This document shows, one piece after another, positions 57,314 to 64,000 of a stretch of DNA of 64,000 bases; position 1 is the first letter of the stretch, and each line of letters opens with the position of its first letter. Under the pieces are notes generated by a model that was not told the origin of the DNA, made no database searches, and was given only the letters and a program-made list of their open reading frames with translations. The position numbers and the translations under genes are program-made. The stretch lies in assembly GCA_039621445.1 (NCBI GenBank), contig CP154954.1, positions 17,328,589-17,392,588 of the forward strand. Direction: 5' to 3'. Source of the stretch: Euglena gracilis. Its lineage: Eukaryota.

Positions 57314-58527
57314 GTGCCAACCCCACGGGGGGGGGGGGGCTGCTAGGGGCAGGCACCCCATAGCACCCGATCCGACCCCCCCCCCGGGGGGGGGCAGGGT
57401 TTTGGGAGGTGCCTGCCCGTGGCAGGAACCCCCTCCGACCCCGGCGCAGAAGGCGCCAGGGGCCTGGAAAAGGCCATTTTCAATGAAAATTTTCTCGGTC
57501 CCCCCGGACCCCTACCCCCCGGGGGGGGTGTGCCTGCTAGGGGCAGGCACCCCACAGCACCCACCCCCCTCCCCCCCCCCCCCGGTCGGTAAGCACAAGC
57601 ATGACCCAAATGCCCAATCTTGGGGGGGGGGAGGACAATCTGGAGGGGGGGGGGTGATCTGCAATGTTACTGCAGATCACATCGTCCAAATGATAGGATT
57701 TCGTTCGGTGTCAAACCGGGGATGTAACCCCCCAAATAACTTGGCTTAATGTTTCATAATCCGATGATCAAGGAATTATCCAGTGATCGTACAAATGGAA
57801 TTTTTCAATGTGCAATTGATTCCATTTCCTCTCAAATGAAAACATCATCCCAAGGGCTCTGATGACACTTTCAACGTTTTGGATCATTTATGGACCATGT
57901 CCTCCCGCTTCAAGCGCCCCAGAAATCTGGGGATGGGGCAAAGAATTTTTTTAAAGGTTTGTGGCCCAGGGGGGGGTTGGGCTGAGTGGGCACCCTGCCG
58001 GAGGCGGGGTTTTGTTCTATTTTTTGGCGCAAAGTGCAAAAATAATTTTTGGACTCCAAAAACTGACCCCCCCCCCCCACAAAAGCGGGCCCCGAGCCCT
58101 CCCGGGGGGGGGGGGAGGGCTGACCCCCCCGGGTATGTCTTGGATGGTGGTCCGCCTCTGAATGTGTTTGGATTTTTTCCCGGTGGGCAAGCAACGACGA
58201 TGTCGTCGCCCTGAGCTGCACTGGCCTCCCTGGCTGCCATGGCCCATTGCCATGGCTGCCACCCCCATACCGGACATCGTTCTTTCCCCTCCACTTTACA
58301 CCCCCTCACGCACCCTTCTGGCGTAGCTCTTGCCGGGGGACGTTCCGTGCAGAGGTGTACTCTCCATCCAGCCCTGCTCTGTGGACTTCTTGACATAAAG
58401 TGTGTTTGTGTGTGTGTGCGTCTGTGCATTGCTTTTAAGACGACATACCCTCCCAGGTCAATGAGCTGGGGGGGAATATATTTGATGAAAATACATCTCT
58501 TTTGCATCCTTGCAGTCAACTGCACAA

Positions 58528-59020
58528 GGGCACCGTACTGCACCGGGGGATCCAGTCAGCCACAGCCTTCACCCCTCTTCGGGCAACTGGACAGCGACGG
58601 ATTGCTTGCTTTCGGGGGTGCAGGGCCAAAAATGGGTCAAAAATGGGCGAAAATGGGTCAGAAAAGGGCTGGCCAGGTCAAATTTGGGGTCAAAAAAATC
58701 GACTTTTTGCATAATTGGCAGTTTTTGGGGGACATTTTTGCAGAGCATTTTTTCAATTTTTTGGCACCCGGTTCGACCCTGGCCGGCCGGCTCCTGGGCC
58801 CCGGGGGGGGGGGGGGCAGCAGCCTTTTTCCAGCCAGCCCAAATTTTCCAGCCTCTGAGCTGGATCCCCCAGGGTCATTAAAAAAACGCCCTGTGCTTTA
58901 CGAGACCACCTGGCCACCTGCCATGTGGCTTGTTTGGGACCATCAGGGACTGGGTTTGATATTTATCAACACGAGCATATCATTCTTCATCCATCACACC
59001 TTGCCGTTTTGGACATCTCA
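58528..59020 (+). CDS. Candidate exons (~58528-58617, 58899-~59020) joined over nonconventional intron 58618-58898; possibly gene D
   Basis: Intron GTG-CAGGGC...GCCCTG-TGCTT; one join reads GNWTATDCLLSG|YETTWPPAMWLVWDHQGLGLIFINTSISFF; frame not certain. Confidence 0.4.
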
Positions 59021-61049
59021 GGCCCAGATCTGAACATTTCCTCATTGATTTTGATGTGGGATCAGTGCAAAAGCTTGCTTAGCAGTCTGCCCTCCCAATC
59101 CCTTGTAATGCCTGAATTCGATGAAGAAAACCGTGTGAAGGGTTTGTGCAGCTGCGTGTTTGTGTGCACATCCATGTGTGTTCACTGAATAGGTTTGCCA
59201 CACCACAAAAATGAAAGCGTGGCATTTTCTATGTGAGGGTGGATTTGACAGCAGCAGTCCAACGACAGCCCTGTGGGAGGCTGACAACCTCTCTTTCAGC
59301 ATAAAGTGCCCAAGTGTATGTATGTGTCTGGGAGGCAGGGCTTGGTCCTGCCCCCCAATCATCCTGGGCATGGCCCACCCCACTGGTAGTTTCTCATTTC
59401 CACTCACCAGGCAGACTGCCGCACATCGATGCTTCTCCATCCATCTGCCATAAGAAGGGAATGCATTGTAGTTCAGGCAAGGATTTGTCGGCAAGGATTG
59501 CCACAAATTTGTGCCACAAATACCGGGGAGGGGGGGAATTGGAGGCCGAAAAAATTGATTGGGAAAAACCTGGCCCTTTTTTGAAAATCCTGCCTCAAAA
59601 ATTTCAAAATCACCCCTTTTCCAGTCATCTTGCAAACAAAACCTGCCAATTTTTTCCGGGCCGTTTTCAGGTTTGCCACCAATTTTTTCGGTTTCCAATT
59701 TTGTCAGCTCTAATTTTATCTAGCTTCAATTTTTTCCCTCCCCGGTAATCACAAATAATCACAAACCAGCACGAAGTTGGGGATTTTCAAAATCATGAAT
59801 ATTCACAAATAATCATGAATAATCTTGAATAATCACAAATGACCATGAACACTAAAATTAAGGAATTTCAGTTTTCATTGGTCAAGAATTTGGGGGGAAA
59901 ATATTGCCAAAAACTCCCAAAATGGAACAAAACGTCACTCAGAAGAATGAAACAAAAAAGGTTTCCAAGACATTGAAATCTGTTTAGGTCAGGCGATTTC
60001 CAAGAAGGCGCCCGTTTTTGGACCAGAAACCACTTTTTTTTGGCAATGTCTCCGTCCAGACGGTCGGTCGGTCGAGATGCCCACAAAATTTCTGTAGACA
60101 AAGGTGAGGTTTATTTTTCTTGCGGGGGTCCGGGGGGGGGCACTGGAACAGTTTCATACGTCGCGCAATTGGCCCACAAAATAAGTATGTAGACAAAGAT
60201 GAGGGTTTTTTTTTCTTGCCGGGGGGGGGGGCGGGAGCCCCCCCCCCCCCCCCCCCCGGGCACTCAAACGGTTTCATACGTCGCGTGATTTGCCCAGAAA
60301 CCAATGCTTCGGAAAAGGTATACGGTGGGTAACCAACTGTGCATAGTATGGGTAAAGGAATGGGGTGGGTGGGATATATGGGGGCATGGGGGGGGGATGG
60401 GGTGTGGCAGGGTAGAACGGGAATCGGCCGAACAGCCAGGGTTGTGGGTAGGGGGTCGACCACCCCCCCACCCCCTGCATCCCAAAACCCCATTTTTTCA
60501 CACCTTTCAAAAATTCAACATTTTCTCAAAATTTTGTTTTTGGGAGGTTTTTGAAGCAAAAAAAAAATGACATTGGAAGTCCAAAAAAATTTCAAACAGG
60601 AAAAATGTCAGTAAAATTTGATTGTACCAAAATTTGGTCCATTTTTCTTGACCTTCGACAGGGGGGGGGAGGGAATGCGCTGCGCATTTTTCCGCATTTT
60701 TTTGCGCATTTTTGTCCAGAAATGCGCATTTTTTGCGCATTTTTTACATATTTCCCCCCATTTTTGCATATTTTCCATTTTTTGTGCATTTTTTGTGCAT
60801 TTTTCACCCAATCTTGCACATTTTCCATTTTTGCGCATTTTTTGCCCAATTTTGCACATTTTCCACCCAAATAACATGCTCACCGAATTTTGCCCACGTT
60901 CAACTGACCCATTTCTGTAACCAACGAACCCATTTTCGCACTTTTTTTCCCACCCAAGGGACCCGCCTCAAGAGAAACAAGCCTTGGGTGATGAGGTGTG
61001 GGTACTCATCCAATGACGATGAGGATACTACCTACCCCCACCCCCCCCC

Positions 61050-61320
61050 GGGAAACTGTCATGCCCAAGAACCTGTCAGGGTCCCGCCCGGGAAACTGTC
61101 AGGGTCCCCGGTACCGGCCAACCTGTCAGTATAGGAAGTTGTCAGGGTCCCCGGTACCGGCCAACCTGTCAGGGTCATTTTTCATTGACTTTCCCTTGAA
61201 ATGCCCTGTCAGGGTCCCGCCCGGGAATCTGTCAGGGTCCCTGATACTGGCCAACCTGTCAGTATAGGAAGTTGTCAGGGTCCTCGGTACTGGCCAACCT
61301 GTCAGCTGACAGTTTCCCGG
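61050..61320. repeat. Minisatellite of (A)CCTGTCAGGGTCCC-type units
   Basis: Repeated CTGTCAGGGTCC / TACCGGCCAACCTGTCAG. Confidence 0.85.
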
Positions 61321-62861
61321 GGGGGGGGGGGTAGGTAGGGGTTTCAGAGACCCCACATTGACACGTAACCAAGGCGGGAATCCCACTCCCCTGGTCACAA
61401 GTAAGGGGCACCATGGCTGACATTGTTGGTTATGGTGAACGGAGAGTGACGCCTTGGTCATATATTTTTTGGCCAAAATGCCTTCATTTCAGCTCTTTTT
61501 GGTGATTTTGGTTTAATTTTGGGTTTACTGTTGGAAATTTTTCCAAGTCCTTTTTCCCTTAGGAATGTCACAAACTCAGCGCATTTTTTGCGCATTTTTT
61601 TGCGCATTTTTTCCGAGGGCCGTCCAGCGCATCCCCCCCTCCCCCCCTTTCGTTTTTTTTTCATCCCCCTTTTGAAAACTACAATTTTTTAACCCTGAAA
61701 TTTTTGAGATTTTTTTTCTGAAAAAAATTTTTCTTCCCATCAAAAAATCATGTGGTTTGGGTTCATTTTTCAAAAAACATTCAAAAAAAATTTCAAAAAA
61801 ATTTCTGGCCAAAATCCCCGTTTCCCCAAAAATGCTGTGGGGGGTAAACCCCCCCACCTCCCAGGTGGGGGGGGGGTCGACCCTCCACCAGGCCTTCCCG
61901 TTCTGCCCTGGGGTGTGGGGCATGGGGGCCCCATTTTGTGCCATGACTCATAGATGATTTCCAATTTATGAATGATAAGTGCTGGTGAATGAAAGGTCAA
62001 GGTAATCGGGACAAATGCAAGCTGATGAAATCTGGCCTCCTGCAGTTTGTGCAACAATGGCCATGAGGATATGTGTTTTTCAAATTTGCCAAAATTTGCC
62101 AAAATTCACCAATTTTACTGAATTTTGGCAATCTCTTGGCCTTTTTGGGGTTTTTTTGCCAATTTCTGCTGGGAAGTAATCCCATCCCGACTTGGGAAAA
62201 TTTCGCAGATTTGGACCAGATTTTTACCTGCAATCGCAAGTCAAGGCCAGGGCCCGAGAAAAAAATTCGCAGTTTCAGTCATTTTGTGAAATGGGTGTAT
62301 ATTTTGAGCTGTCATTCACACTTTTTCAACAAAAAGCCCCCCAAAAACATGACTTTTGCAATTTAGGGAACAAATATAGAATTTGGTGGCTGAAAACCCC
62401 GAAAATGAAAAAATTAACAACAGTTTTGCTCCGCCATTTTTAAGGTTTTTTTCCCTCAAGTGCAGATTTGTTCCCTGAGGTTCAGTCATGGCCTGGGCCA
62501 ATGATGGCCCTGAATATCTCTTTTTTGGGGGGCACGAACCGCCGGATTTTTTTCCTTGCAGTCAGGGTTTTCCCCCCTTGTCGAAGCACCCACATTACAA
62601 ACATATCACTCCCCTCCACTTCATCTTCACCCCGTCTCTTCCGGTGCTTTGACCTCCCCTGGGGGGGGGGGTCGGGCCGAGTGCCCCCCTCTTCTCTACC
62701 GCCAAGGTTCCGGTCACAGGTTGCAGGTCATGGGGGTGTTACGACCACTCCCCCGGTCACAGGTTGCAGGAACCCGGTCGTACAACAAGGGGGGGGGGGG
62801 GGGGTATGGCTTGGATGGAAAAAGGGGGGTGGGCCTGCTCTTACTGTGCTCACCCCCACAG

Positions 62862-63024
62862 ACCGCCCTCCCCACGATGATGCACCCCATCAGCCCCCTG
62901 CGCTTCATGCTGGGCGTGATGACCGTCGGCCCCCTCTCCTTCGTGGGCCTCGTCTGCGGGCTGTACAACGCCGAGGAGGCGTACCACACCCCGGCCTGGC
63001 GCCAGAGCCGCCGCGTCGTGCACA
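62862..63024 (+). CDS. Gene D exon, paralog of gene C exon 49827-50000
   Basis: CCCCACAG acceptor; ALPTMMHPISPLRFMLGVMTVGPLSFVGLVCGLYNAEEAYHTPAWRQSRRVVHR; near-identical to the gene C exon. Confidence 0.8.
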
Positions 63025-64000
63025 GGGCAGGGGCCCCCTCTAATGGCATGGTCCATCTCGTTGTTGTTTTTTTTTTGCAAGCAGACATCGAGCCAGACTT
63101 TTTTTCAGTCGGGTGCCTACCCCACATGGGGAGGTGGGTGCTAGGGGCAGGCACCCCATAGCACCCCTGCCAACCCCCCCCCCCCCAGGGGGCCGGGTTT
63201 TGGGCAAGCATCCGACCCTGGGTCCCCCGGGCTGCCCCACCCCCCCCCGGGTGCGCCTGCCAGGGGCAGGCACCCTATAGCCCCCACCCCCCCCCTCCCC
63301 CGGTCGGTAAAAAAAAAGCTGCACCAGCCAATTTTTTTGTGTTTCTTGTCTTCCCCTCCCATTGACGTTCAGGTCAAGGGTGATGGACGTTTTTTTGTTG
63401 ATTTACACCTGCGCCTTCCTTGCAGGACCTCTTCGGGCCTTGAAAGGGTCCAAAGTCTTGGCTTTGGGTCTCCCAATCATACATCTCTTTGAGGTTTTGC
63501 AGACCCCCTGGGGGGGCTGCTGTAGCCAGCCCCGATTCTGGTCCAGCCCAGCTGCAGCCCCCCCCCCCCCCCGGGGGGATGCTCCTTGCCCTGCTAGCCA
63601 GCCCCTTTTTGGAGGGTCCAGCCCAAAAATTTGCAGCGCAAAGCGCCGGAAAAAGGTGTTCAAAAATGGCAAAAATGGTGTTTTGGGGCATTTTGGGGGG
63701 GGTTGCATGTGCTCATTTTTTTTTCAATATTGTGTTTTGCAGGTATTTTTTTAGGCCATTGTCCGATTTTGGCCTAGCCTGGCCCACCTCAGGTCCAGCC
63801 GGGGTCCAACCTCCCCCCCTCTCGCTGGGGGGGCTGGCCAGCCCAAATTTCTAGCCCTGGCTCAGCAACCCCCGGGTCGTTAAAGAGATGCATGCTCCCA
63901 AACTTCTTTTTTTGGGTGATTCTGAACACCGAGAAAGATTGAACCGCTTGTTGTATGGCCACCCATGTTGAACGATCACCCCCTGGTCGTTCGCTGTGGG

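Overview
This is eukaryotic, repeat-dense genomic DNA, most consistent with a euglenid (Euglenozoa). Short GC3-rich exons are separated by a mix of GT-AG introns and non-GT-AG introns whose ends pair (nnnCAR...YTGnnnnn), and TTAGGG-type repeats are present. Four multi-exon genes can be partly reconstructed by hand. Gene A (+, ~3.7-28.2 kb) has a Zn finger, SPRY-like, Mib-SH3-like and MIB/HERC2 domains. Gene B (-, ~28.4-45.4 kb) is unknown and includes a coiled coil. Genes C and D (+) share a near-identical membrane-protein exon. Introns and intergenic DNA are packed with non-autonomous DNA transposons with TA, TAT, TTAA, 8-bp and 9-bp target-site duplications (TSDs). There are also relics of a pogo-like transposase, a BED-finger (hAT-like) gene and a CRE-like LINE, plus a 66-bp higher-order satellite. 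The main observation is that several exon-splitting introns are exactly a hAT-like MITE plus one copy of its 8-bp TSD, split 3 nt + 5 nt. This would explain the CAG(+4..+6)/CTG(-8..-6) signature of euglenid nonconventional introns and points to an introner-like system. All gene models are manual and lack transcript support. The 4-10 kb part looks error-prone.
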